NCBI RefSeq assembly: GCF_058153355.1
Contig: NZ_CM177019.1
Length of the DNA stretch: 64,000 nt
Direction: 5' to 3' (one strand)
Below, in pieces: positions 46,763 to 62,298 of this stretch (positions are counted from its first letter, which is position 1; each line of letters opens with the position of its first letter). The notes beneath the pieces were generated by a model. It saw only the letters and a list, made by a program, of their open reading frames with translations. It ran no database searches and was not told the origin of the DNA. A program made the translations under genes and the position numbers.

Positions 46763-46954
46763 CTAACGTTGTACCGGTGATTCGACGGAGAGTGTGGATT
46801 GCTGAGCTTCTTTTTTGCTCTGATGGTGCTGCCATGCACCGACGGACGAGTAGATAAAACGGCCAAAGAAGAAGATAAAGCTGATGAGCAGTACGATACG
46901 GGTCATGCGACTGTTAAATCGGTGTCGTTTTCGCATACTGGTTGCCTGACTCAC
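46763..46954 (-). CDS. yfgG: small membrane protein YfgG
   Basis: 63-aa ORF with one hydrophobic helix (IVLLISFIFFFGRFIY); expected position between yfgH and pdeF. Confidence 0.65.
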   Translation of the reverse strand: MSQATSMRKRHRFNSRMTRIVLLISFIFFFGRFIYSSVGAWQHHQSKKEAQQSTLSVESPVQR

Positions 46955-47164
46955 AAAAGGTTCCTTGAAGTATGTCCCACGCCGTGGACGGTACTTACAT
47001 TAAGGCACAACAGGACAAAATGGTCAATTCTTCGTTATGTAAAAAAGCGTCAGTGGATACATATTTTAATGTTATGGAAGTTAATTTAATTATTTACAAT
47101 GATGATGTAATAATGATGAATTAACATGATAAACGTAATAATTCATTAATCAGGGGTATTTTGT

Positions 47165-47178
47165 TTGATATATATCAA
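47165..47178. promoter_or_regulatory. perfect FNR/CRP-class palindrome TTGAT-atat-ATCAA upstream of pdeF
   Basis: Exact TTGATatatATCAA ~130 bp upstream of the pdeF start, within an AT-rich divergent yfgG/pdeF regulatory region. Confidence 0.55.
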
Positions 47179-47305
47179 TTGGAACTTTCATATGACACTT
47201 AGAATCAATGCTCTCTATAGTGATGAATAATCATCATTCGAAGTCAGGTGGGATGCCTGTCTGAATACACCTCCTTCAGGATGTGGGGGATTCTGCTGAG
47301 CATCT

Positions 47306-49549
47306 ATGAAACTGAATGCAACCTATATAAAAATACGTGATAAATGGTGGGGGCTTCCGCTGTTCCTGCCTTCTTTAATCTTGCCCATTTTCGCCCATAT
47401 TAATACTTTCGCGCATATTTCTTCCGGTGAGGTTTTTCTCTTTTACCTGCCTTTGGCACTGATGATCAGCATGATGATGTTTTTCAGCTGGGCGGCATTG
47501 CCAGGGATCGCCTTAGGGATTTTTGTCCGCAAATATTCAGAGCTGGGTTTTTACGAAACGCTCTCATTAACAGCTAATTTTATTATCATTATCATTCTCT
47601 GTTGGGGCGGTTACAGGGTCTTTACTCCCCGGCGTAACAACGTTTCACATGGTGATACCCGTTTAATTTCCCAGCGTATATTCTGGCAGATTGTGTTTCC
47701 TGCAACGCTGTTTCTGATACTTTTCCAGTTTGCCGCATTTGTAGGGTTACTGGCGAGTAGAGAAAATCTGGTCGGCGTCATGCCTTTTAACCTCGGGACC
47801 TTAATCAATTATCAGGCCTTACTGGTGGGCAATCTGATTGGTGTTCCGCTGTGCTACTTCATCATTCGGGTGGTGCGAAATCCGTTTTATTTACGCAGCT
47901 ATTATTCGCAATTAAAACAGCAAGTTGATGTGAAAGTCACCAAAAAAGAGTTCGCGCTCTGGCTACTGGCATTAGGTGCGTTGTTGTTGCTGTTATGCAT
48001 GCCGTTAAATGAAAAAAGCACGATTTTCAGCACCAATTATACCTTGTCATTATTGCTACCCCTGATGATGTGGGGAGCCATGCGCTATGGTTATAAGTTG
48101 ATTTCGCTGCTCTGGGCGGTCGTGCTGATGATCAGCATCCACAGCTATCAAAATTACATTCCCATTTATCCTGGCTATACCACGCAACTGACCATAACCT
48201 CCTCCAGTTATCTGGTATTCTCTTTTATTGTCAATTATATGGCTGTACTGGCAACCCGTCAGCGAGCGGTAGTCAGACGCATTCAGCGGCTTGCGTATGT
48301 GGACCCGGTGGTTCATCTGCCAAATGTTCGCGCCCTGAATCGCGCGTTGCGTGATGCCCCCTGGTCTGCGCTTTGTTATTTACGCATCCCCGGCATGGAA
48401 ATGCTGGTTAAGAACTATGGCATCATGCTACGGATTCAATACAAGCAAAAACTTTCTCACTGGCTGTCACCATTGCTGGAACCGGGTGAAGATGTTTATC
48501 AGCTTTCGGGTAACGATCTCGCGCTGCGACTGAATACAGAATCGCACCAGGAGCGCATTACCGCACTGGATAGCCATCTCAAGCAATTTCGTTTCTTTTG
48601 GGATGGAATGCCGATGCAACCGCAGATTGGCGTCAGTTACTGCTATGTACGCTCGCCGGTGAATCATATCTACCTGCTGCTGGGAGAGCTAAATACGGTT
48701 GCTGAACTCTCCATCGTGACCAACGCTCCAGAAAATATGCAGCGCCGCGGGGCTATGTATTTACAACGTGAATTGAAAGATAAAGTCGCGATGATGAATC
48801 GGCTACAGCAGGCATTGGAGCATAACCATTTTTTCCTGATGGCCCAGCCGATTACCGGTATGCGTGGTGATGTCTACCATGAAATTCTTCTGCGCATGAA
48901 AGGTGATAATGATGAACTGATCAGCCCCGACAGCTTCTTGCCGGTCGCGCACGAATTTGGTTTATCGTCGAGTATCGACATGTGGGTCATTGAGCATACG
49001 CTGCAATTTATGGCTGAAAACAGAGCGAAGATGCCCGCTCACCGTTTTGCGATTAATCTGTCGCCAACCTCGGTATGTCAGGCTCGTTTTCCCGTTGAAG
49101 TCAGTCAGCTGCTGGCTAAATATCAAATTGAAGCGTGGCAACTTATTTTTGAAGTCACCGAAAGTAATGCTCTGACCAATGTTAAGCAGGCGCAGATCAC
49201 CTTGCAGCATCTTCAGGAATTAGGCTGCCAGATTGCGATTGATGATTTCGGAACCGGCTACGCCAGCTATGCACGGCTTAAAAATGTGAATGCCGATCTG
49301 CTTAAAATTGACGGCAGTTTTATCCGCAATATTGTGTCAAATAGTCTGGATTATCAGATAGTGGCGTCGATTTGCCACCTGGCGCGAATGAAGAAAATGC
49401 TGGTAGTGGCAGAGTACGTTGAAAACGAAGAGATCCGCGAGGCGGTGCTCTCTTTGGGGATCGATTATATGCAGGGTTATCTTATTGGTAAGCCGCAACC
49501 GTTAATTGATACGCTGAATGAAATCGAACCCATTCGCGAAAGTGCCTGA
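47306..49549 (+). CDS. pdeF: c-di-GMP phosphodiesterase PdeF (YfgF): MASE1, degenerate GGDEF, EAL
   Basis: 747-aa ORF with multiple N-terminal TM helices and a C-terminal EAL-domain region. Confidence 0.9.
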   Translation: MKLNATYIKIRDKWWGLPLFLPSLILPIFAHINTFAHISSGEVFLFYLPLALMISMMMFFSWAALPGIALGIFVRKYSELGFYETLSLTANFIIIIILCWGGYRVFTPRRNNVSHGDTRLISQRIFWQIVFPATLFLILFQFAAFVGLLASRENLVGVMPFNLGTLINYQALLVGNLIGVPLCYFIIRVVRNPFYLRSYYSQLKQQVDVKVTKKEFALWLLALGALLLLLCMPLNEKSTIFSTNYTLSLLLPLMMWGAMRYGYKLISLLWAVVLMISIHSYQNYIPIYPGYTTQLTITSSSYLVFSFIVNYMAVLATRQRAVVRRIQRLAYVDPVVHLPNVRALNRALRDAPWSALCYLRIPGMEMLVKNYGIMLRIQYKQKLSHWLSPLLEPGEDVYQLSGNDLALRLNTESHQERITALDSHLKQFRFFWDGMPMQPQIGVSYCYVRSPVNHIYLLLGELNTVAELSIVTNAPENMQRRGAMYLQRELKDKVAMMNRLQQALEHNHFFLMAQPITGMRGDVYHEILLRMKGDNDELISPDSFLPVAHEFGLSSSIDMWVIEHTLQFMAENRAKMPAHRFAINLSPTSVCQARFPVEVSQLLAKYQIEAWQLIFEVTESNALTNVKQAQITLQHLQELGCQIAIDDFGTGYASYARLKNVNADLLKIDGSFIRNIVSNSLDYQIVASICHLARMKKMLVVAEYVENEEIREAVLSLGIDYMQGYLIGKPQPLIDTLNEIEPIRESA

Positions 49550-49555
49550 ATAATG

Positions 49556-49582
49556 CGGGCCGACATTTCTTGTCGGCCCGCA
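49556..49582. terminator. bidirectional hairpin terminator between pdeF and ppx
   Basis: gcgggccgacatttcttgtcggcccgc. Confidence 0.6.
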
Positions 49583-49587
49583 AAGCA

Positions 49588-53200
<3,613 letters not shown>

Positions 53201-53370
53201 TACCACTTTTACTCCGTTTTATTCACGGGACACTGCCTGGATATTATGGCGAGCAATATTGGCAGATGTCCAACTATGCCAGAAAAGGGGGAAAAAAACT
53301 GCTGGAGCTTGCGATTTACAGGTGAATTGAAAAACGCCAGCGGCAGAGCTGGCGCTTTAACTACGGGGCA

Positions 53371-54008
53371 TTACTCGTCGGCAGCGTAGCCCTGCGGCGG
53401 CAGACGTTGACCATCCAGCCACGCGGCGTTTTCGTGCATTTTCAGACGACCATCGGCAAACCAGCTAATCACCAGTGGATAAATAGCGTGTTCCTGGGTT
53501 TGCACGCGGGCGGTGATGTCATCCTCCGTATCACCAGCAAATACCGGGACTTTCGCCTGTAAAATAACCGGGCCACCGTCCAGTTCATCGGTGACGAAAT
53601 GCACCGATGTACCGTGCTCTTCATCGCCATTTTCCAGCGCCTGACGATGGGTGTGTAATCCGGGATATTTCGGCAGCAGAGAAGGGTGAATATTCAGCAA
53701 ACGCCCGGCATAGTGGGAGACAAACGCCGGGCTGAGAATGCGCATAAAACCAGCCAGCACGACCACATCGGGTGCGTACATGTCGATTTCATGAATCAAC
53801 TCCCGGTCATAGGCTTCACGACTGTCAAACGCGCTGGCGATGAGCGTATGCGTTGCAATACCCGCCTGGCGGGCGCGTTCAAGGCCGAACGCGTCGGCCT
53901 TATTGCTGAAAACTGCCCGTAGGGTGCCTTTAATTTTGTTGGCTTTGCAGGCGTCAATTATTGCCTGCAAATTACTTCCGTTGCCGGAAATAAGCACCAC
54001 AATATTCA

Positions 54009-54009
<1 letters not shown>
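53371..54009 (-). CDS. purN: phosphoribosylglycinamide formyltransferase
   Basis: 212-aa ORF MNIVVLISGNGSNLQAII...; start overlaps the purM stop. Confidence 0.95.
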
Positions 54010-55064
<1,055 letters not shown>

Positions 55065-55100
55065 TTACTTGCGGTAGAAAAATAAAAATTCGGCGCAATT

Positions 55101-55116
55101 CTAACAGGGAAAGCAA
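55101..55116. promoter_or_regulatory. PurR operator (pur box) of purMN
   Basis: AAGCAAACGTTTGCGA, 14/16 match to the PurR palindrome ACGCAAACGTTTGCGT, 55 bp upstream of purM. Confidence 0.6.
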
Positions 55117-55371
55117 ACGTTTGCGAGACTGCTTTACACAACCTTTTTGCACTTCATTTTCCCAAGCGCGCGGCGAAAGAATAGCTGCACCGTGGCAAAG
55201 GAGAGTTTTTGGATGGAATAATATTCTTTCATAACCACATGAATATAAAGTAACTTTATCTAAAACCGTTATCATTTTGACTAAAGTCAACGAAAATAAT
55301 ATTGCCGCCTTGAAGAAAGGAGGTATAATCCGTCGATTTTTTTTGTGGCTGCCCCTCAAAGGAGAAAGAGT

Positions 55372-55998
55372 ATGAAGATCGTGGAAGTCAAACACCCACT
55401 CGTCAAACACAAGCTGGGACTGATGCGTGAGCAAGATATCAGCACCAAGCGCTTTCGCGAACTCGCTTCCGAAGTGGGTAGCCTGCTGACTTACGAAGCG
55501 ACCGCCGACCTCGAAACGGAAAAAGTAACTATCGAAGGCTGGAACGGCCCGGTAGAAATCGACCAGATCAAAGGTAAGAAAATTACCGTGGTGCCAATTT
55601 TACGTGCCGGTCTGGGGATGATGGACGGTGTGCTGGAAAACGTTCCGAGCGCGCGCATCAGCGTCGTCGGTATGTACCGTAATGAAGAAACGCTGGAGCC
55701 GGTACCGTACTTCCAGAAACTGGTTTCTAACATCGATGAGCGTATGGCGCTGATCGTTGACCCAATGCTGGCAACCGGTGGTTCCGTTATCGCGACCATC
55801 GACCTGCTGAAAAAAGCGGGCTGCAGCAGCATCAAAGTTCTGGTGCTGGTAGCTGCGCCAGAAGGTATCGCAGCGCTGGAAAAAGCGCACCCGGACGTCG
55901 AACTGTATACTGCATCGATTGACCAGGGACTGAACGAGCACGGATACATTATTCCGGGCCTCGGCGATGCCGGTGACAAAATCTTTGGTACGAAATAA
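55372..55998 (+). CDS. upp: uracil phosphoribosyltransferase
   Basis: ATG at 55372 gives 208 aa [19 protein letters not shown]... Confidence 0.95.
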
Positions 55999-56013
55999 AG
56001 AATAAAAATTATT

Positions 56014-56043
56014 AAAGCCGACTTTAAGAGTCGGCTTTTTTTT
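56014..56043 (+). terminator. hairpin terminator/attenuator between upp and uraA
   Basis: aaagccgactttaagagtcggcttttttttt. Confidence 0.6.
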
Positions 56044-56083
56044 GAGTAAAGCGCCTATAACACATAATACAGAGGAATATACT

Positions 56084-57373
56084 ATGACGCGCCGTGCTAT
56101 CGGGGTGAGTGAAAGACCGCCACTTTTACAAACAATCCCGCTTAGTTTGCAACATTTGTTCGCCATGTTTGGTGCAACCGTCCTGGTGCCCGTCTTATTT
56201 CATATTAACCCGGCGACTGTACTGTTATTCAATGGTATCGGGACGCTGCTGTATCTCTTCATCTGTAAAGGGAAAATCCCGGCTTATCTTGGTTCCAGCT
56301 TTGCCTTTATTTCACCGGTATTGTTACTGTTGCCGTTAGGGTATGAAGTCGCGCTGGGCGGCTTTATTATGTGCGGCGTGCTGTTCTGCCTGGTTTCTTT
56401 TATCGTGAAGAAAGCGGGGACCGGCTGGCTGGACGTGCTGTTTCCACCTGCGGCAATGGGCGCAATCGTTGCCGTCATCGGTCTGGAGTTGGCGGGCGTA
56501 GCTGCCGGTATGGCAGGTTTACTCCCGGCTGAAGGGCAAACGCCAGACTCCAAAACCATCATCATCTCCATTACCACGCTGGCAGTCACGGTTTTAGGTT
56601 CCGTGCTGTTTCGTGGTTTCCTGGCAATTATCCCGATTTTAATTGGCGTGCTGGTGGGCTACGCGCTCTCTTTCGCAATGGGAATTGTCGATACCACGCC
56701 GATTATTAACGCCCACTGGTTTGCGCTGCCAACTCTCTATACGCCGCGCTTCGAGTGGTTTGCCATTCTGACTATTCTGCCAGCGGCGTTAGTGGTTATT
56801 GCCGAACACGTAGGGCACCTGGTAGTAACGGCTAATATCGTCAAAAAAGATCTGCTGCGCGATCCAGGTCTGCACCGTTCGATGTTTGCTAACGGCTTGT
56901 CGACCGTGATCTCCGGCTTCTTTGGCTCTACGCCAAACACCACCTACGGGGAAAACATTGGCGTGATGGCGATCACCCGTGTTTACAGTACCTGGGTTAT
57001 CGGCGGGGCGGCGATTTTCGCTATCCTGCTTTCCTGCGTCGGTAAACTGGCTGCAGCTATCCAGATGATCCCATTGCCGGTGATGGGCGGCGTTTCGCTG
57101 CTGCTTTATGGTGTTATCGGTGCTTCCGGTATTCGTGTTTTGATCGAATCGAAAGTGGATTACAACAAAGCACAGAACCTGATCCTGACTTCTGTCATTT
57201 TGATCATCGGTGTCAGTGGCGCGAAGGTAAACATCGGCGCGGCGGAGCTGAAAGGTATGGCGCTGGCGACCATCGTCGGTATCGGCTTAAGTTTGATCTT
57301 CAAACTGATTAGTGTGCTGCGCCCTGAAGAAGTGGTGCTGGACGCAGAAGACGCGGATATAACAGACAAATAA
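56084..57373 (+). CDS. uraA: uracil:H+ symporter (NCS2 family)
   Basis: ATG at 56084 gives 429 aa [19 protein letters not shown]...; polytopic membrane protein. Confidence 0.95.
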   Translation: MTRRAIGVSERPPLLQTIPLSLQHLFAMFGATVLVPVLFHINPATVLLFNGIGTLLYLFICKGKIPAYLGSSFAFISPVLLLLPLGYEVALGGFIMCGVLFCLVSFIVKKAGTGWLDVLFPPAAMGAIVAVIGLELAGVAAGMAGLLPAEGQTPDSKTIIISITTLAVTVLGSVLFRGFLAIIPILIGVLVGYALSFAMGIVDTTPIINAHWFALPTLYTPRFEWFAILTILPAALVVIAEHVGHLVVTANIVKKDLLRDPGLHRSMFANGLSTVISGFFGSTPNTTYGENIGVMAITRVYSTWVIGGAAIFAILLSCVGKLAAAIQMIPLPVMGGVSLLLYGVIGASGIRVLIESKVDYNKAQNLILTSVILIIGVSGAKVNIGAAELKGMALATIVGIGLSLIFKLISVLRPEEVVLDAEDADITDK

Positions 57374-57422
57374 TGTACCGACCGGGCAGTGCTGCTGCCC
57401 GGTTCAAACATCATGGGATTCT

Positions 57423-58169
57423 GTGGTAAACTTCTCGCGATTTTGTGAAATCCTGGTTGAGGTATCTCTGAACACACCGGCACAGCTCTCTTTGCCACTT
57501 TATCTTCCTGACGACGAAACCTTTGCAAGTTTCTGGCCGGGGGATAACTCCTCTTTACTGGCCGCGCTGCAAAACGTGCTGCGTCAGGAACATAGCGGTT
57601 ACATTTATCTCTGGGCACGCGAAGGCGCGGGGCGCAGTCATCTGCTGCACGCGGCTTGCGCGGAATTGTCGCAGCGTGGCGATGCGGTGGGCTATGTCCC
57701 GCTGGATAAACGCACCTGGTTTGTTCCGGAAGTGCTCGACGGTATGGAGCATTTGTCGCTGGTCTGTATCGACAACATTGAGTGTATTGCAGGCGATGAG
57801 TTGTGGGAGATGGCGATTTTCGATCTCTACAATCGAATTCTGGAATCGGGTAAAACACGGTTGTTAATCACCGGCGATCGTCCACCGCGGCAGTTGAATC
57901 TGGGATTACCGGATCTCGCGTCGCGACTCGACTGGGGGCAGATCTACAAATTGCAGCCTCTTTCTGATGAAGATAAGTTGCAGGCGCTACAGTTACGCGC
58001 GCGTTTGCGTGGTTTTGAACTGCCGGAAGATGTGGGGCGTTTCTTGCTGAAGCGGCTCGACAGAGAGATGCGCACGTTATTTATGACGTTGGATCAGTTG
58101 GATCGTGCGTCGATTACCGCGCAACGTAAGCTGACCATTCCGTTTGTGAAAGAAATTCTGAAACTGTAG
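57423..58169 (+). CDS. hda: DnaA-inactivating AAA+ protein Hda
   Basis: ORF track 248 aa with AAA+ box and position after uraA; the true start may be an internal non-ATG codon, so the 5' end is uncertain. Confidence 0.8.
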
Positions 58170-58204
58170 ACAAGACGTTTATCGTCGGATGCGCGCCCAT
58201 TGTA

Positions 58205-58250
58205 TTCGTAGGCCGGATAAGACGCGGCAAGCGTCGTATCCGGCAACGTG
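58205..58250. repeat. REP palindromic unit
   Basis: gtaggccggataagacgcggcaagcgtcgtatccggcaac between hda and yfgD. Confidence 0.5.
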
Positions 58251-58274
58251 ACTTAACTCGCGAAAAGGCGCATA

Positions 58275-58634
58275 TTAACCCACGATTTCCAGCACCTGCT
58301 CCGGTGGACGACCAATTCGCGCTTTGCCATTGGCGACCACAATCGGGCGCTCCATTAGCTTCGGATTATCCACCATTGCCTGAATCAGCGCCTCTTCGCT
58401 AAGCGAACTGTCAGCCAGGTTCAGTTCTTTATAAAGATCCTCTTTCTGGCGCATCAATTCACGAGCGCTATTCATTCCCAGCATTTTCAGCAAATCGCGC
58501 AGCGTTGCCGCATCGGCGGGTGTCTCAAGGTAGAGCACCACTTCTGGCTCCACGCCGTTTTCTTTCAGCAGGTTCAGCGTTTCCCGGCTCTTTGAACAGC
58601 GTGGGTTATGGTAGATTTTTACCTGTTTGGTCAT
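58275..58634 (-). CDS. yfgD: ArsC/Spx-family thioredoxin-fold protein YfgD
   Basis: 119-aa ORF MTKQVKIYHNPRCSKSRETL... (CxxS motif). Confidence 0.85.
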   Translation of the reverse strand: MTKQVKIYHNPRCSKSRETLNLLKENGVEPEVVLYLETPADAATLRDLLKMLGMNSARELMRQKEDLYKELNLADSSLSEEALIQAMVDNPKLMERPIVVANGKARIGRPPEQVLEIVG

Positions 58635-58654
58635 TGTTCTTCCTTTAATGCGAA

Positions 58655-60118
58655 TTACATCTTGGTATAAGGCTTAAAGCGTTCCTGCAGCTGGCGCAAC
58701 TGGTCGATGCGCGCATCGTAACGCGCTTGTTGCAGGCTGCCTAATTTCACCTGAGAACTGGCGCTACTCAACAAGGAAATGGCCTGATCGAGTCGCCCGG
58801 CGAGCGCATAACCTTCTGCTCGCGCTGCCAGTTCCTGATCGCGGTTATTTAGCGCGGCCTCCGCCTGTGCCAGTAAATCCCAGCCATTGCTGTCATCTTT
58901 ATTATTAAAAGTGTAGCGATTCAGAATATTGGCCGCTTCCTGTGGTTGCCCCCCTTGCAGATAAGCGTTCGCCAGGTTGAGCTGCAACACCGGATTGGTG
59001 CGCAAATCGCGGGCATTTTTCAGGCGATTGATAGCGTCATTGGCTTTGTTTTGCCCAAGATCGATATCGGTAGCCAGATCGAGATACCATGCGTTGCCAG
59101 GTTCTGCCGCCAGTAACGGTTGCAGCGTTTTACGCGCTTCGTCGTATTTATTGGCTTCCATCGCCTGTAAAGCACGACCATATTGCGCCGCTCGTTGCTG
59201 ACGAACGTTTCCTTTCGCCCATTCATCCAGCAAATCACTGGTGAGCTGATTACGTCCGGAATTATACATCCCCAGTGTGCGCGCTTTCGCCAGATAGAAA
59301 TCCTCCGACGACTGCACCACCATCGGGCGCATCTGATTAGCACGGTTACGGGCATCCGCCAGACGGCTTTCCGGCAACGGGTGAGTCAATAAAATTTCCG
59401 GCGGACGCGAGGAGTAACGCGCCTGATCGAGTAATTTTTCGAGGAAGGTTGGCATCGCCTGCGGATCGAATCCTGAGCGTTGCAGCACCTGAATACCAAT
59501 GCGGTCCGCTTCCTGTTCATTTTGCTGGGTGAAGCTGATCATCCCCTGGCGCGTTCCCGCCAGTGTACCGGTCAGCGCCGCCATCCCCGCTTGCGGACTG
59601 GCCATCGCCAGTAAAATAGAACCTAACGCGCCGACCCAGGTAAGCGGTGCGCTGCGCTGTTGATCTTCCATCGCTCGCGCCAGGTGACGTTGGGTGACGT
59701 GGGAGATTTCGTGCGCCATAACTGAAGCCAGTTGACTTTCGTTATCGGAATAACGGAACAGGGCAGAGTGCAGCACCACGTTGCCGCCAAAGAAAGCAAA
59801 GGCGTTAATTTCGTCGTTATTGATCAAAAAGAAATGGAACGGCGTCTTAACCGAATTGGCATGCGAAACCAGACGCATCCCCAGCGAATTAATGTACTGC
59901 GTTAACAACGGGTCATTAATTAACGGCGCACTGCCGCGTAATTGGCGGACATAATAGTCGCCCATCTGCATTTCCTGACCAATGGAAAGCGTGCTTCCTG
60001 CGGAGGTTCCCATATCCGGCAAGGTGTCTGCGCTATCGGCAAACGCCGGGGCTACCTGACCGATAGTCATAGCAGCAATGAGGGTAGCAACCAGGTTTTT
60101 TTTCAACTGCCTGAACAT
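58655..60118 (-). CDS. bepA: periplasmic M48 metalloprotease / chaperone BepA (YfgC)
   Basis: 487-aa ORF with signal peptide, HEISH (HExxH) zinc motif and C-terminal TPR region. Confidence 0.9.
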   Translation of the reverse strand: MFRQLKKNLVATLIAAMTIGQVAPAFADSADTLPDMGTSAGSTLSIGQEMQMGDYYVRQLRGSAPLINDPLLTQYINSLGMRLVSHANSVKTPFHFFLINNDEINAFAFFGGNVVLHSALFRYSDNESQLASVMAHEISHVTQRHLARAMEDQQRSAPLTWVGALGSILLAMASPQAGMAALTGTLAGTRQGMISFTQQNEQEADRIGIQVLQRSGFDPQAMPTFLEKLLDQARYSSRPPEILLTHPLPESRLADARNRANQMRPMVVQSSEDFYLAKARTLGMYNSGRNQLTSDLLDEWAKGNVRQQRAAQYGRALQAMEANKYDEARKTLQPLLAAEPGNAWYLDLATDIDLGQNKANDAINRLKNARDLRTNPVLQLNLANAYLQGGQPQEAANILNRYTFNNKDDSNGWDLLAQAEAALNNRDQELAARAEGYALAGRLDQAISLLSSASSQVKLGSLQQARYDARIDQLRQLQERFKPYTKM

Positions 60119-60330
60119 AACCTCTGTCCTGTGTTTCTGGAGATAGTCATTTGACCGATACTGTGAAATATCGTTCCCACCGCGCCGCCTTTGAGTGTAA
60201 CGGCGAAGATTAGCCCACTCAAATGACTTTTCAGTTTCCTGAATTCGTCATAAAAAGCGAAGTCTTTTTTGTGACATTTCGATACAATTGCGGATCGCAA
60301 TCCCGCTCTTGAGGTTCAGGGAAGGTCTTT

Positions 60331-61392
60331 ATGCTCGAAATGTTGATGCAATGGTATCGCCGCCGTTTTAGCGACCCGGAAGCGATTGCCTTGCTGGTTA
60401 TTTTAGTTGCCGGATTTGGCATTATCTTTTTCTTTAGCGGCCTACTCGCACCGTTGCTGGTGGCGATTGTGCTGGCCTATTTACTGGAATGGCCAACCGT
60501 GCGCCTACAATCAATAGGCTGCTCCCGACGTTGGGCGACATCGATTGTATTGGTCGTTTTCGTCGGTATTTTGCTGCTGATGGCGTTCGTGGTAATGCCT
60601 ATCGCCTGGCAACAGGGCATCTACTTAATCCGTGATATGCCGGGGATGCTCAATAAGCTCTCTGATTTTGCCGCCACGTTGCCGCGCCGCTATCCGGCGT
60701 TAATGGATGCGGGGATTATTGATGCAATGGCCGAAAATATGCGCAGCCGGATGCTCACCATGGGCGATTCGGTGGTGAAAATTTCCCTCGCCTCGCTGGT
60801 CGGTTTGCTGACCATTGCCGTCTATCTGGTGCTGGTGCCATTGATGGTCTTCTTCCTGCTGAAAGACAAAGAGCAAATGTTGAACGCCGTTCGTCGGGTG
60901 CTGCCGCGTAACCGTGGACTGGCAGGACAGGTGTGGAAGGAGATGAATCAACAAATCACCAACTATATCCGCGGCAAAGTGCTGGAGATGATCGTGGTGG
61001 GGATTGCCACCTGGCTGGGATTCTTACTCTTCGGGCTGAACTATTCGCTGCTGCTGGCGGTGCTGGTCGGCTTCTCGGTACTTATTCCGTACATTGGTGC
61101 ATTTGTGGTGACCATTCCGGTGGTTGGCGTGGCGCTATTCCAGTTTGGTGCTGGCACGGAATTCTGGAGCTGCTTCGCGGTGTATCTGATCATTCAGGCG
61201 CTGGACGGCAACCTGTTAGTACCTGTGTTGTTCTCCGAAGCGGTTAACCTGCATCCGCTGGTCATTATTTTATCAGTAGTGATCTTCGGTGGTTTGTGGG
61301 GATTCTGGGGCGTATTCTTCGCCATTCCATTGGCGACGCTGATCAAAGCCGTGATTCACGCCTGGCCCGATGGGCAAATCGCGCAAGAATAA
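60331..61392 (+). CDS. perM: AI-2E/PerM-family permease (YfgO)
   Basis: 353-aa multi-TM ORF; K-12 synteny. Confidence 0.85.
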   Translation: MLEMLMQWYRRRFSDPEAIALLVILVAGFGIIFFFSGLLAPLLVAIVLAYLLEWPTVRLQSIGCSRRWATSIVLVVFVGILLLMAFVVMPIAWQQGIYLIRDMPGMLNKLSDFAATLPRRYPALMDAGIIDAMAENMRSRMLTMGDSVVKISLASLVGLLTIAVYLVLVPLMVFFLLKDKEQMLNAVRRVLPRNRGLAGQVWKEMNQQITNYIRGKVLEMIVVGIATWLGFLLFGLNYSLLLAVLVGFSVLIPYIGAFVVTIPVVGVALFQFGAGTEFWSCFAVYLIIQALDGNLLVPVLFSEAVNLHPLVIILSVVIFGGLWGFWGVFFAIPLATLIKAVIHAWPDGQIAQE

Positions 61393-61428
61393 TCTTCAGC
61401 CCGACGAACTGTTTCGCCGGGCTGATTT

Positions 61429-62277
61429 TTAGGGTTCCTGACGTAAATAAATAGCCCGATAACAAATACTCACCAGCACTGCACCGCCGATAATATTACC
61501 CAGCATCACCGGGAGCAGATTGGCGGTAATAAAATGGCTGACCGTCAGTGCCGGAAAATTGTCTGCGCTACTGTGCGCCAGTTGCCAGAAGGAGGTAGGG
61601 GCGAAATGGCGAATGGCAATGGCGAACGGAATCACAAACAAATTGGCGATACAGTGCTCAAAGCCACTGGCGACAAACAGGGTGATGGGCAAAATCATGG
61701 CGACGATTTTGTCGCATAATGAACGTCCGCAATAACTCATCCACAGCGCCAGACAAACCATCAGATTGCACATAATGCCGAGGCTGACTGATTCAGTAAA
61801 TGTATGATGCATTTTGCCCTCGGCGCAGTGTAAAACCGCGACTCCCCACATCGCGTTTTCACTCATCACCAGCCCGGAAAACCAGATTAACAAACTGAAA
61901 CAGGCAATACCTGCCAGATTACCGCAGGCCACCAGAAGTGCATTAATCAGCCATGTTCGCAAGCTAATAACGCCCCGACTTTTTGCCATCACCGTCATTA
62001 CCGACGAGGTGAACAGGCTGGTGCCGCAAACCGCCAGCAAAATAAAGCCGAGTGTAAAGCAAAGGCCACCCACCAGATGGGTTAATGCCTGTGAAGACGG
62101 GGCATCGGCGATAACGGTAAGGTAAAAAGTAAATCCGATCGCCATAAACACGCCTGCGGACATCGCCATTAAAAAGACCGACACTTTGCTGCGGACAATT
62201 TTATGGGCGGCAATCCGTTCAGCGATTGCCGCTTTTCTGGCGCTCAACTGCAAGTCGAAAGAGAGTTTGTTTCTCAT
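61429..62277 (-). CDS. focB: formate channel FocB (FNT family)
   Basis: 282-aa multi-TM ORF adjacent to hyfR. Confidence 0.85.
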   Translation of the reverse strand: MRNKLSFDLQLSARKAAIAERIAAHKIVRSKVSVFLMAMSAGVFMAIGFTFYLTVIADAPSSQALTHLVGGLCFTLGFILLAVCGTSLFTSSVMTVMAKSRGVISLRTWLINALLVACGNLAGIACFSLLIWFSGLVMSENAMWGVAVLHCAEGKMHHTFTESVSLGIMCNLMVCLALWMSYCGRSLCDKIVAMILPITLFVASGFEHCIANLFVIPFAIAIRHFAPTSFWQLAHSSADNFPALTVSHFITANLLPVMLGNIIGGAVLVSICYRAIYLRQEP

Positions 62278-62298
62278 GCATACTCCTGCAAAAACAGA

